NCBI GenBank assembly: GCA_049320885.1
Contig: JBMORA010000035.1
Coordinates: forward strand, 32,001 to 96,000
Length of the DNA stretch: 64,000 nucleotides
Source: Thermodesulfobacteriota bacterium
GTDB taxonomy: Bacteria; Desulfobacterota; Desulfobacteria; Desulfobacterales; SURF-7
Direction of reading: 5' to 3'
Shown one piece after another: positions 32,085 to 41,974 of this stretch; the first letter of the stretch is position 1; every line of letters starts with the position of its first letter. Made by a program: the position numbers and the translations under genes. Under the pieces are notes generated by a model. It did not search any database, was not told the DNA's origin, and was given only the letters and a program-made list of their open reading frames with translations.

Positions 32085-33551
32085 ATGTCACTGACCAACC
32101 TGATCAAAACCATTCAGGACATCATGCGCAAGGATGTCGGCGTCGATGGCGACGCTCAGCGCATCAGCCAGATGGTCTGGCTGATTTTCCTGAAGATCTT
32201 CGACGACAAGGAGCAGGAGTGGCAGCTCACCGTGCCCGGCTACAAATCGCCGCTGCCCAGCCGTTTCCGCTGGTCCAGCTGGGCCAAGAACCCCGAGGGG
32301 ATGACCGGCGAGGAATTGATCGACTTCGTCAACAATGACCTCTTCCCGGCGCTTAAAAAACTGGCCATCACAGCCGGCGTGTCGACCCATGGCAAGGTGG
32401 TCGGTTCGGTGTTCGAGGACGCCTACAACTATATGAAATCAGGTCATCTCCTGCGCCAGGTGATCAACACCATCGAAGCGGATGTGGACTTCAACAAATC
32501 CAGCGACCGGCACCTGTTCAACGACATCTACGAAAAGATTCTTTCTGACCTGCAATCGGCCGGTAACGCAGGTGAATACTACACCCCCCGCGCCGTCACC
32601 CGGTTCATGGTCGACATGCTCGATCCTCGACTCGGGCAAACCATTCTCGACCCGGCCTGCGGCACCGGCGGCTTTCTGACCTGCGCCATCGAGCACCTGA
32701 ACAAGCAGGTCAAAACCGCCGAGGACCGCAAGCGCCTGCAGGGGTGTATCCACGGCGTGGAGAAGAAACCCCTGCCGCACATGCTGGCCATGACCAACAT
32801 GATGCTGCACGGCATCGATGTGCCCACCAACGTCCACCACGACAACACCCTGAGCCGACCGCTGAAGGATTACGGCCCCCGCGACCGGGTTGACCTGATC
32901 ATCACCAACCCGCCCTTTGGCGGCATGGAAGAGGATGGAATCGAGAATAACTTCCCGCGCAAGTACCAGACCCGCGAGACCGCCGACCTCTTCATGGCGC
33001 TGATCATGCACCGCTTGAAGCACGATACCGGCAAGGCCGCCGTGGTTCTGCCCGACGGCTTTCTGTTCGGCGAGGGAACCAAAACCAATCTGAAGCGCGA
33101 ATTGTTGGAGGAATTCAATCTGCACACCATCGTGCGCCTCCCCAAAGGCGTGTTCAGCCCCTATACCAGTATCGCCACCAACATCCTCTTTTTCGAAAAA
33201 GGCGATCCGACCAAGGAGGTCTGGTTCTTCGAGCACCCGTATCCTGAGGGCTACAAATCCTACTCCCGCTCCAAGCCCCTGACCATCGCCGAGTTCGATC
33301 TCGAAAAAGCCTGGTGGGGCGGAGCCGGGCGCAAGGGCCGCAAGACCACCGAACAGGCCTGGAAGGTTTCGGCCAAGGAACTGGCTGAACGCAACTACAA
33401 CCTGGACTGCAAGAACCCGCACCAGGTGGAGGTCAACCACCGCGATCCGGAAGAGTTGATGGCCGAATACCGGCAGATCGTCCACCAGCTCGAAGCGGCG
33501 CAGGCAGCCTTGAAAGCCGAGTTGACGGCCTGCCTGGGGGGCAAGTCATGA
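32085..33551 (+). CDS. hsdM: Type I R-M methyltransferase subunit (N6-adenine)
   Basis: GEYYTPR, DPACGTGGFL, NPPF. Confidence 0.96.
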   Translation: MSLTNLIKTIQDIMRKDVGVDGDAQRISQMVWLIFLKIFDDKEQEWQLTVPGYKSPLPSRFRWSSWAKNPEGMTGEELIDFVNNDLFPALKKLAITAGVSTHGKVVGSVFEDAYNYMKSGHLLRQVINTIEADVDFNKSSDRHLFNDIYEKILSDLQSAGNAGEYYTPRAVTRFMVDMLDPRLGQTILDPACGTGGFLTCAIEHLNKQVKTAEDRKRLQGCIHGVEKKPLPHMLAMTNMMLHGIDVPTNVHHDNTLSRPLKDYGPRDRVDLIITNPPFGGMEEDGIENNFPRKYQTRETADLFMALIMHRLKHDTGKAAVVLPDGFLFGEGTKTNLKRELLEEFNLHTIVRLPKGVFSPYTSIATNILFFEKGDPTKEVWFFEHPYPEGYKSYSRSKPLTIAEFDLEKAWWGGAGRKGRKTTEQAWKVSAKELAERNYNLDCKNPHQVEVNHRDPEELMAEYRQIVHQLEAAQAALKAELTACLGGKS

Positions 33552-34708
33552 GCGACGTGCAGTTGACAACTCCGGAATACCGCGACTGGCTGAAGGAGAT
33601 CAAGCAGCGATTGCGGCAGGCGCAGGTGAAGGCGGCGGTGCAGGTGAATACCGCCTTGCTGACCTTCTACTGGGAGCTGGGCGCGGACATTGTGGAGCGC
33701 CAGAAATCGGCTCTATGGGGCAGCGGATTTCTGAAACAGTTGAGCGCCGACCTGATGGCGGAGTTTCCGGACATGAAGGGGTTTTCGCGGCGGAACCTTG
33801 AACAGATTCGCCGCTGGTATCTGTTTTATGCCGAAGGGATTACAAATTGCGCAACAAGCTGTGGCACAATTGGGCAGCAAGCTGTTGTCCAATTACCGGA
33901 AAAGAGGGGAGAATCAATTGCGAAGCAGCCTGCTGCGCAATTGGCCGACAGTTCAGTTCCGTCACACCTCGTGGCCAAATTGGTTCAGATTCCCTGGTGG
34001 CATAATGTGGTGATTATCTCCAAATGCAAGGATGTGACCGAAGCGATTTACTATGTAAACAAGACCATCGATCATAACTGGAGCCGGAATGTCCTGACCC
34101 ACCAGATTGAGAGCGGTTTGTATGTGCGCGAGGGAAAGGCGGTCACCAATTTTGCACAGACCTTACCGGCTCCACAGTCGGATTTGGCGCAACAGTTGAT
34201 GAAAGATCCCTACAATTTTGATTTTTTAACGCTGACCAAAGACTACAACGAACGGGAGCTTGAAAAGGCGCTGACTGACCATATCACCAAATTTCTTTTA
34301 GAGCTGGGTGCCGGTTTCGCCTATGTGGGACGCCAAAAAGAGTTGCAGGTGGGTGAGCGGGATTTCTTCCTCGATTTGCTATTTTACCACACCAAACTTC
34401 ATTGCTATGTCGTCATTGAGCTCAAGACCGGCGAGTTTGAACCGGAGTATGCCGGTAAACTTAATTTTTATCTGAAGGCGGTGGATGAGCAGCTGCGCGG
34501 GGATCGGGATGAGCCGACCATTGGCATTCTGCTCTGCAAAACCCGAGATCGCGTCGTGGTGGAGTATGCGCTGAGTGACATTAGCAAACCCATGGGCGTT
34601 TCGGAATACCAGCTTACCCGCGCCCTGCCGGATAACCTGAAATCGAGCCTGCCCTCCATTGAGGAACTGGAAGCGGAGTTCGGCAACCCGGAGGGAGATG
34701 ATGAATAA
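33548..34708 (+). CDS. Second YhcG/DUF1016 nuclease, inside the hsd operon
   Basis: FYWELG, KDPYNFDFL, DLLFYH, IELK, GKLNFYL. Confidence 0.92.
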   Translation: MSDVQLTTPEYRDWLKEIKQRLRQAQVKAAVQVNTALLTFYWELGADIVERQKSALWGSGFLKQLSADLMAEFPDMKGFSRRNLEQIRRWYLFYAEGITNCATSCGTIGQQAVVQLPEKRGESIAKQPAAQLADSSVPSHLVAKLVQIPWWHNVVIISKCKDVTEAIYYVNKTIDHNWSRNVLTHQIESGLYVREGKAVTNFAQTLPAPQSDLAQQLMKDPYNFDFLTLTKDYNERELEKALTDHITKFLLELGAGFAYVGRQKELQVGERDFFLDLLFYHTKLHCYVVIELKTGEFEPEYAGKLNFYLKAVDEQLRGDRDEPTIGILLCKTRDRVVVEYALSDISKPMGVSEYQLTRALPDNLKSSLPSIEELEAEFGNPEGDDE

Positions 34709-34717
34709 CGGGATGGT

Positions 34718-34896
34718 CTCACACGAAGGCACGAAGACACGAAGTTTTGAAAACAGTCGTTATACCCGCGAAGGCGGGTACCCAGATTCGTGGCAACGAT
34801 TTATCCAACGGCTTGCTGCACTATTTCCAATTATTCAGACCGGGAGGGGGGTATGACCAGTTCGTCCTCCTTCGTGCCTTCGTGTCTTCGTGTGAG
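34718..34896. mobile_element. Gene-less (non-autonomous) copy of the CACGAAG inverted-repeat element, containing a REP-like arm
   Basis: CTCACACGAAGGCACGAAGACACGAAG (34718-34744) and CTTCGTGCCTTCGTGTCTTCGTGTGAG (34870-34896). Confidence 0.7.
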
Positions 34897-36895
34897 CGAT
34901 CTGCTGGAACAGCATTTCGACACCGCCTTTGCCGCGCCTGCCGGTATCGCCAAACTGCGCGAGTTGATCTTGACCCTCGCCATGCAGGGCAAGCTGGTGG
35001 AACAGGACCCGAACGACCCACCCGCCAGCGAGTTGCTGAAGGAGATCGAAGCCGAAAAACAGCAGCTTGTGAAAGCGGGCAAGATTAAAAAGCCCAAGCC
35101 GCTGCCGCCCATTAAGCCGGAGGAAGTGCCCTACGAACTGCCGGAGGGATGGGAGTGGGCGAGGCTCGGTGAAATAACTGAATACAACGGTCGAAAAAAT
35201 ATCTCGGGCGATGAGATAGCCCCCGATACATGGTTGCTTGATCTCGAAGACATTGAAAAGGGAACTTCTCGTATTCTGTTCCGAGCAAAGTTTTCAGAGC
35301 GCCAATCAAAATCTACGAAATCAACCTTTCAGAAAGGTGATGTGCTTTATGGCAAACTTCGTCCCTATCTCGACAAGGTTGTGGTAGCAGATGCTGATGG
35401 AGTTTGCACGACTGAGATTGTGCCCATCGTTCCGTTTAACGGAATACATTCTGAATTTCTCAGGTGGTTACTAAAGCGCCCTGCATTTATAACCCATGTT
35501 AACTCTCTCATGTATGGCGTCAAAATGCCCAGGCTTGGCACAGATGATGCTTTAACGAGTATTCACCCGCTTCCCCCCCTCCCCGAACAACACCGCATCG
35601 TCGCCCGCATCAACCAGTTGATGACCCGTTGTGATGAGTTGGAAAAGCTGCACAAACAGCGGGAGGAGAAGCGGCTGGCCGTCCACGCCGCCGCCATCAA
35701 GCAACTGCTCGACCCGCCGGACCTGTCTGCCGGCCAGGCAGGCGGCTCGGCCTGGGACTTTATCCAACAGCACTTCGACGACCTCTACACCGTCAAGGAA
35801 AACGTCGCCGAACTGCGCAAGGCCATCCTCCAACTCGCCGTAATGGGCCGCCTCGTTCCCCCTGCCTGCCGGCAGGCAGGCAAGACCCCAACGACCCTCC
35901 CACCACCAGAACCTGGATCATGGTGGGTGTACGTTATTGAGTGCGAAAATGGATCATTCTATAAAGGTTTTACAGAAGATCTTCCGCGTCGCTGGCGGCA
36001 ACATCTATCAGGTACTGCGAGCGAATGGACAAAAAAGCATCCACCCAAACAGGTTTACTACTGGGAAAAATGTTTTTCAAAAGAAGCAGCCATTAAGCGG
36101 GAAGACTATTTGAAATCAGGCTTTGGTCGAGAATGGTTCAAGCGCGAGGTGGTTGATAATCAAAAAGCATGGCAGACCGCCAGCGAACTGCTCAAAGAGA
36201 TCGAAGCCGAAAAACAGCGACTGATGAAGGCAGGTAAAATCAAGAAGCCCAAGCCCGTACCGCCCATCAAGCCGGAGGAAGTGCCCTACCAACTGCCGCA
36301 GGGCTGGGAGTGGGTGCGATTTGGAAAAGTTGCGAGCAACCGACTAGGAAAAATGCTCGATAAATCTAAGAATCGAGGTAACCCAAAACCATATTTGAGA
36401 AATACCAATGTTCAATGGCATCAGTTTGTTCTTGATGATGTCAAAGAGATGAAATTCGAAGATGAAGAGCTTGATGAATTTCGTGTACTTCCCGGTGACC
36501 TTCTAATATGCGAAGGTGGTGAACCCGGTCGCTGTGCAATATGGCGCGATTCAGAGGTAGAAATCTATTTCCAGAAAGCCATACATAGAGCGAGGCCGTT
36601 TTCGTGCGTTACTTCTGAGTATCTGCAAGTTTGCCTTACAAACGATGGGGGTAACGGTCAGTTGGAAAAGTATTTCACTGGGGCAACAATCAAGCATTTC
36701 CCTGGTGACAAGCTTAATGGGTATGTCATTCCTCTACCACCTCTTCCCGAACAACACCGCATCGTCGCCCGCATCGATCAGTTGATGGCCCTGTGCGACA
36801 CACTCGACCAGCAGATCGACGCTGCCACCGGCAAAAAGACCGAACTGCTGGACGCCGTGATGGCCCGCCTGTCGGCAGACACGGCCCAGGTATAA
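34853..36895 (+). CDS. hsdS: Type I R-M specificity subunit with an in-frame GIY-YIG insertion
   Basis: Two conserved repeats (ASELLKEIEAEK, PYELPxGWEWxR, PLPPLPEQHRIVARI) and two TRDs; insert WVYVIEC..SFYKG..RWRQH..EDYLKSGFGRE. Confidence 0.92.
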   Translation: MTSSSSFVPSCLRVSDLLEQHFDTAFAAPAGIAKLRELILTLAMQGKLVEQDPNDPPASELLKEIEAEKQQLVKAGKIKKPKPLPPIKPEEVPYELPEGWEWARLGEITEYNGRKNISGDEIAPDTWLLDLEDIEKGTSRILFRAKFSERQSKSTKSTFQKGDVLYGKLRPYLDKVVVADADGVCTTEIVPIVPFNGIHSEFLRWLLKRPAFITHVNSLMYGVKMPRLGTDDALTSIHPLPPLPEQHRIVARINQLMTRCDELEKLHKQREEKRLAVHAAAIKQLLDPPDLSAGQAGGSAWDFIQQHFDDLYTVKENVAELRKAILQLAVMGRLVPPACRQAGKTPTTLPPPEPGSWWVYVIECENGSFYKGFTEDLPRRWRQHLSGTASEWTKKHPPKQVYYWEKCFSKEAAIKREDYLKSGFGREWFKREVVDNQKAWQTASELLKEIEAEKQRLMKAGKIKKPKPVPPIKPEEVPYQLPQGWEWVRFGKVASNRLGKMLDKSKNRGNPKPYLRNTNVQWHQFVLDDVKEMKFEDEELDEFRVLPGDLLICEGGEPGRCAIWRDSEVEIYFQKAIHRARPFSCVTSEYLQVCLTNDGGNGQLEKYFTGATIKHFPGDKLNGYVIPLPPLPEQHRIVARIDQLMALCDTLDQQIDAATGKKTELLDAVMARLSADTAQV

Positions 36896-36990
36896 GGAGA
36901 TGCCATGCGCCTGACATCACTTTATATCGGCCAGTACAAGAACCTTCGGGATTTTTCTCTGAGGTTCGACCTGCCGGCCGGGCAGGCGGG
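35722..36990. repeat. Four copies of the 20-21 nt palindrome CCTGCCTGCCGGCAGGCAGG
   Basis: Copies at 35722-35742, 35861-35880 (perfect), 36864-36884 and 36970-36990. Confidence 0.85.
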
Positions 36991-37022
36991 CGGCAGCAAC
37001 TTTATCGATGTCTTTGTCGGCA
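36905..37022 (+). pseudogene. N-terminal stub of a restriction-associated AAA ATPase
   Basis: MRLTSLYIGQYKNLRDFSLRFD..GSNFIDVFVG after an AGGAG RBS; breaks at the start of Walker A. Confidence 0.65.
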
Positions 37023-37034
37023 ATACCGTCGGCC

Positions 37035-38466
37035 TGATGTGGTTTAATGAGAGCGGACACTGAGTCAAGCGTGGTTTTTTAATCGGCTTAGAAACATAGA
37101 CAAAACAGAAGGTTTTTGTTATCTGGCACGGCAACTAGCCGGAAAGGTTATTTGCGAGAATGGGCTATAGGTGCTCGTCGGAGCAAATAAACTTTCCGGC
37201 GGGTCCCAGGATTCGGCTTGGATAGCGGATATGTTTCGGGAGCTATTACGCAGACGAGGTGTTCAATGGGTGAAAAGAAGCAGCGAAAAGATTACACGGA
37301 TGAATTTAAACTGGATGCCGTCAAGCTAGTTATCGAACAAGGGTACTCCACCCCTGAGGTTGGCCGGCGGCTGGGGATCAATCATACCAACGTCTCAAGA
37401 TGGGTTCGGGAATATCATGCAAAGATAGGTGTCCCTTCCAAAAGTTCAGGTGCTGTCCAGGAACTGGAGGAGGAGGTAAAACGCCTCAGAAAAGAAAACA
37501 AACGCCTTTTGATGGAGCGAGAAATCTTAAAAAAGGCGGCGGCCTTCTTTGCGAACGAATCGAACTGAGGTTCGATTTTATCCGGCAGCAAATGAAGGCC
37601 TATCCCGTAACCGTCTTATGTTCGGTGATGCGGGTTAGCCGGGGTGGGTTCTATGGCTATCTGAAACGATTCAATGCTGGGAAGAATCGTCCAGAAGAGA
37701 CCGAATTGGGGAAGCGAATCAAAGAAATATTCAACGATCACAAAAACTGCTACGGATCCCGACGGATCGCAAGGCAATTAAGGGATGAAGGCCAGCCGGT
37801 GGGCCGATATAAAGTGCGACGGATCATGCGCCAGTTGTGGGGCTGAAGGCAAAAACTCCCAAGCGGTTCAAGCTGACGACCGACAGCCGACATTCGTTCC
37901 CGGTGGCGCCCAATACCCTGAATCGGAAATTCACGGTTGATGCTCCGAACAAGGTCTGGACGGCGGATATCACCTATGTATGGACCTTTGAAGGTTGGTT
38001 ATACCTGGCGGTTGTCATGGACCTGTATTCCCGCCGGATTGTCGGGTGGGCCATGAGTGAAAGAATGCAGAAGCAGCTTGTGCTGGATGCCCTGGCCATG
38101 GCGTATTGGCAGCGGAAGCCCTCAAAGGGTCTTTTGCATCATTCGGATCGCGGAAGTCAGTATGCCTGCCATGAATACAGGAAGCGGCTTAAAGGCTATG
38201 GCATGGAGGCCAGCATGAGCAGAAAGGGAAACTGCTGGGATAATTCACCAATGGAACGCTTTTTCCGCTCCTTGAAATCAGAACGGTTGACCGCTTGCCG
38301 TTTTGTGTCACGGAATGAAGCAAAAATGGAAATACTGGACTATATTACATTCTATAACAGCATTCGGCTTCATTCGACATTGGGGTACGTATCTCCGATG
38401 GCTTATGAGAAAAAACAGTACTTAAAGGTGGCTTGATTTTGTGTCCGTTTTTCCTTGACCATTACA
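37035..38466 (+). mobile_element. IS3-family insertion sequence, 1432 bp
   Basis: TG...CA ends, 36-bp imperfect IRs sharing CGGACAC...TCAAGC, GCC target duplication (37032-37034 and 38467-38469). Confidence 0.92.
37266..38436 (+). pseudogene. IS3 transposase orfA/orfB with an extra frameshift near 37837
   Basis: HTH OrfA, A6G slippery site at about 37529-37535, WTADIT, HSDRGSQY, DNSPMERFF; OrfB is split over two frames. Confidence 0.85.
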
Positions 38467-38622
38467 GCCTGGTTGTTTTTGGAGTGAAGGACTCGGGGCT
38501 TGAGCAGATCGTCGCGGCTGATCCGCATCAGTTCCGGCTCAATATGGGGGGCGTGACCGAGAACCGGAAAAATTCATACCAGCAGGCCCGGGAATATTTC
38601 TACCAGTTGATGAACCGCATCC
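38467..38622 (+). pseudogene. NERD-domain fragment (copy 1, interrupted by IS3)
   Basis: Near-identical to the corresponding segments starting at 39665 and 45345. Confidence 0.8.
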
Positions 38623-38760
38623 ACAATCACAAACCGAATCAGAGTCAGACTTACCCGCAATGCTCGGGTCCGTGGAATTATGGAGGCCGTGACGAATGCA
38701 TGATACGACCAAGCCATTGATGGTTAGCGAGGATAGTGTTTCATATGGGGGGGAAAAGCC

Positions 38761-39348
38761 ATGATGACCCTTCGGCTTTTCTCCGGGAAATTTGAATCCG
38801 TGCCGGCCGCCACATCCTGGTACTTGGCAGACCTTGGCGAGGCGCGTGGCAAACAGGAATTGTTTACCCGTCAATCGCCGCAGCGTCTCAAGGCTTTGCG
38901 GGAGCACGCCCTCATTGAAAGCGCCGTATCATCCAACCGGATCGAGGGCGTGGAGGTCGAGCAATCCCGAATCGCCACCATCGTCTTCGGCCAGCCGCTT
39001 CTGCGGGACCGTGATGAGGAGGAAGTCCGGGGATACCGGCAGGCCCTGACCTGGATTCATGAGCAAGGGGCGAAAATCCCGATATCGGAAGAGACCGTTT
39101 TACAGCTCCATCATATGACACGCGGGGAAATCTGGGATGCCGGAAAATACAAAAATAAAGACGGCGACATTATCGAAAAGTTTCCGGATGGCAGGTCGCG
39201 GGTCCGCTTCAAAACCGTTCCGGCGAAAGACACGCCGAGTTTCATGAAGGATCTGGTCGAGTTGTACGACGATGCCATCGAGGATCGCAAAGTCCCGCCG
39301 CTTGTCCTTTTAGCCGCCCTCAACCTCGATTGGGGCGGCAAGTGTTGA
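38761..39348 (+). pseudogene. Fic family protein, N-terminal fragment
   Basis: ESAVSSNRIEG, LQLH, AGKYK; ends just before where the HPFxDGNGR motif is expected. Confidence 0.75.
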
Positions 39349-39495
39349 AGATGCAATCCGAAAAAGGGAAGTCGTGATCCCTGTGGCGAAATAATGCATC
39401 AGAATGGATGGCAGACGGGCCGGGATAACAGGTCAACTTTATAGAAAATGGAACTAAAACAGGGACTGATTTGTATGTGCTATTGAGGTGCGCGT

Positions 39496-39984
39496 ATGGC
39501 CCAAATGATTCCGCCTGATGTTGAGACCTTCACAACCGATGGCGAAAGGCAGTTCTACCGATTTTTGGAAGCGGTCGCCAAGCCGGATTCGAATTTTATC
39601 GCCTGGTATACGCCGAACATTGACGGGAAGGAGCCGGATTTCGTTCTTTTCGGCAATACTGTCGGCCTGGTTGTTTTTGAAGTGAAGGACTGGGGGCTTG
39701 AGCAGATCGTCGCGGCTGATAAGCATCAGTTCCGGCTCATTATGGGGGGCGTGACCGAGAACCGAAAAAATCCTTACCGGCAGGCCCGGGAATATTTTTA
39801 CCAGCTGATGAACCGCATCGAGCAGGACGGGCGGCTGGTATCGCAGGAGCCGGGACATCATGGCAAGCTCCGGATACCGATCACCTGCGGCGTCATCTTT
39901 CCCAACATCAATAAATACGAGTATTCCCAAAAAGGCTTGGACATAAAAATTGCCCATTATTCACTATTCGAATCAGGAGAATAG
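39496..39984 (+). pseudogene. NERD-domain fragment (copy 2)
   Basis: First ~149 aa nearly identical to 45177-47048, then diverges. Confidence 0.85.
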
Positions 39985-41472
39985 ATGATGGATCGCTTTG
40001 ATCTTCTCAGTTTTGATGAAGGGAAAACCCTGGAATTCAAGCGGGACCTCTCGTCACCCAAAGCATTCTTGAAGACACTGGTGGCTTTTGCTAACACGGC
40101 GGGCGGTAAAATCATCATCGGCGTGGAGGACAAGACGCGCCGGCCTGTTGGTGTGCAGCATCCCCTGGATGAAGAGGAAAAATTGTGTAATCTGATCGCC
40201 GATTCCATTAGTCCACGCCTGGTGCCCAATGTGGAAATGGTAACGGTGGACAACAAGACCCTCCTGATCGCCGAAGTCTTCTTAAGCAATTCACGGCCCC
40301 ATTGGCTCAAAGCGGAAGGACCGGAAAACGGCGTCTATGTCCGACTCGGTTCCACCAACCGCCAGGCGGACCGGGAACTCATCGCGGAGTTGCGTCGGTC
40401 GGTGGAAGGGGTTGCTTTTGATGAAATGCCGTTGCCGGAAATGTCCGTTGACGATCTGGATTTGGCCGCCGCCCGGAAAGTATTCCAGGGGCGCCGCAAA
40501 CTGGATAAGCAAGAATTGCTGACACTGAAATTGCTGCGTAAAGACCAGGGGAAACTAGTCCCGACCAAGGGCGCTGTGCTTTTATTCGGAAAAGAGCGCG
40601 TTTTCCATTTCCCGGATTCCTGGGTGTAGTGCGGCCGCTTTATCGGCCGGGACAAAACTGATATCTTCGATCATATTGATTTGGACGAGCCCTTGCCGCA
40701 ACTGGTGGAGAGCATCCTGTTGTTTCTGAAAAAGCATGCCATGCGCGGTGCCGATTTCTCCGAAATTCGGCGGAAGGATGTCTGGAGTATCCCCCTCGGG
40801 ATTCTGCGGGAGGCGGTGATCAATGCCCTGGTGCATGCTGACTATTCCCAGCGCGGCGCTCCGATCCGCATCGCCTTTTACGATGACCGCATTGAAATCG
40901 AAAACCCGGGGATCCTGATGCCGGGCATGACCATCGAGGATATGAAGCAGGGGGTCTCCAAGATCCGCAATCCGGTGATCGCCAGGGTTTTCCGAGAACT
41001 GAAACTCATTGAACAATGGGGCAGCGGCGTGCGCAATATCCTCCGGGTCGCCCAGGAACAAAACCTGCCGGAGCCCATTTACGAAGAAATCGGCATGCGG
41101 CTTCGTTTGAGCGTGTTCCTTGCAGAACCGCAGGTTCTTTCCAAAATTCAGGCCGGGTCCAGGTCCATAACTGTCCAAAAGAGTCTTGAGGAAACCAAGG
41201 GGGGGGTGCCAAATCAAGAGCAGTGGGCTAAACGGTGGGGTGAAAAGTGGGGTAAAAAGTGGGGTGAAACCATGATGGCCAAGCGGCTTACGATTGCTCG
41301 CGCCATGCAGCGCAATCCGCGCATTTCAACCTCGGAGCTGGCCGCACACTTGGATATGGGAACTACTGGTGTGGAGAAGCATTTAAAAATATTGCGTGAA
41401 AATGGATGTATCCGACGGATCGGTCCAGCCAAGGGCGGTCGCTGGGAAGTGTTGGAAGACGGGGATGAATAA
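39985..41472 (+). pseudogene. AlbA_2 + HATPase_c_4 + HTH protein with a single in-frame TAG at 40627
   Basis: LEFKR, VAFANTAGG, REAVINALVHADY, IENPG, RNPVIA; both ORF halves are in the same frame. Confidence 0.85.
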
Positions 41473-41974
41473 AGAGACTACCGAGCTAAAGCGGTTTATC
41501 CACAGATTACGCGATTTCTTGCGATTTCTTGTCGGACCAAGTAGAACCATTGACTATCAATTGGTTAGGATAAAAATCAGACCATTTTGGGGTCTTAGAA
41601 CGATGTTTTTGGGGTCGAAAAGGGCGGTTTAAGGAACGCGAGGGCTGAAACTGTGTTTGGCGAAAATGTAACGATCAGCTAAAACGCCTGAAATAGGACG
41701 GGGATGCCTTGCTGTTCGACTTGAAATATAGCGTTGGACCGCTGAAAAATACGGAATCAGGTTCCATGGATTATCAGGCGCTCAAAAAACTGATACAGGA
41801 AGTCAAAACCGACCGGCTGGAAATTGCCAGTCCCGGCGGTCTTCGGTTCAGGTCTACCGAAGACTTACCCGCAATGCTCGGGTCCGTGGAATTATGGAGG
41901 CCGTGACGAATGCACGATACGAACAAGCCATTGATGGTTAGCGAGGATAGTGTTTCATATGGGGGGGGAAAGCC

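Noticed and set aside
35902..36178. Intein or group I intron in hsdS
   Set aside because: No splicing motifs, and the insert is almost entirely nuclease coding sequence.
34853..36895. Invertible hsdS shufflon
   Set aside because: No silent inverted hsdS copies or recombinase; the internal repeats are the normal direct HsdS duplication.
40627..40629. Pyrrolysine recoding
   Set aside because: No pyl genes in the window, and neighbouring genes are decaying, so a nonsense mutation is simpler.
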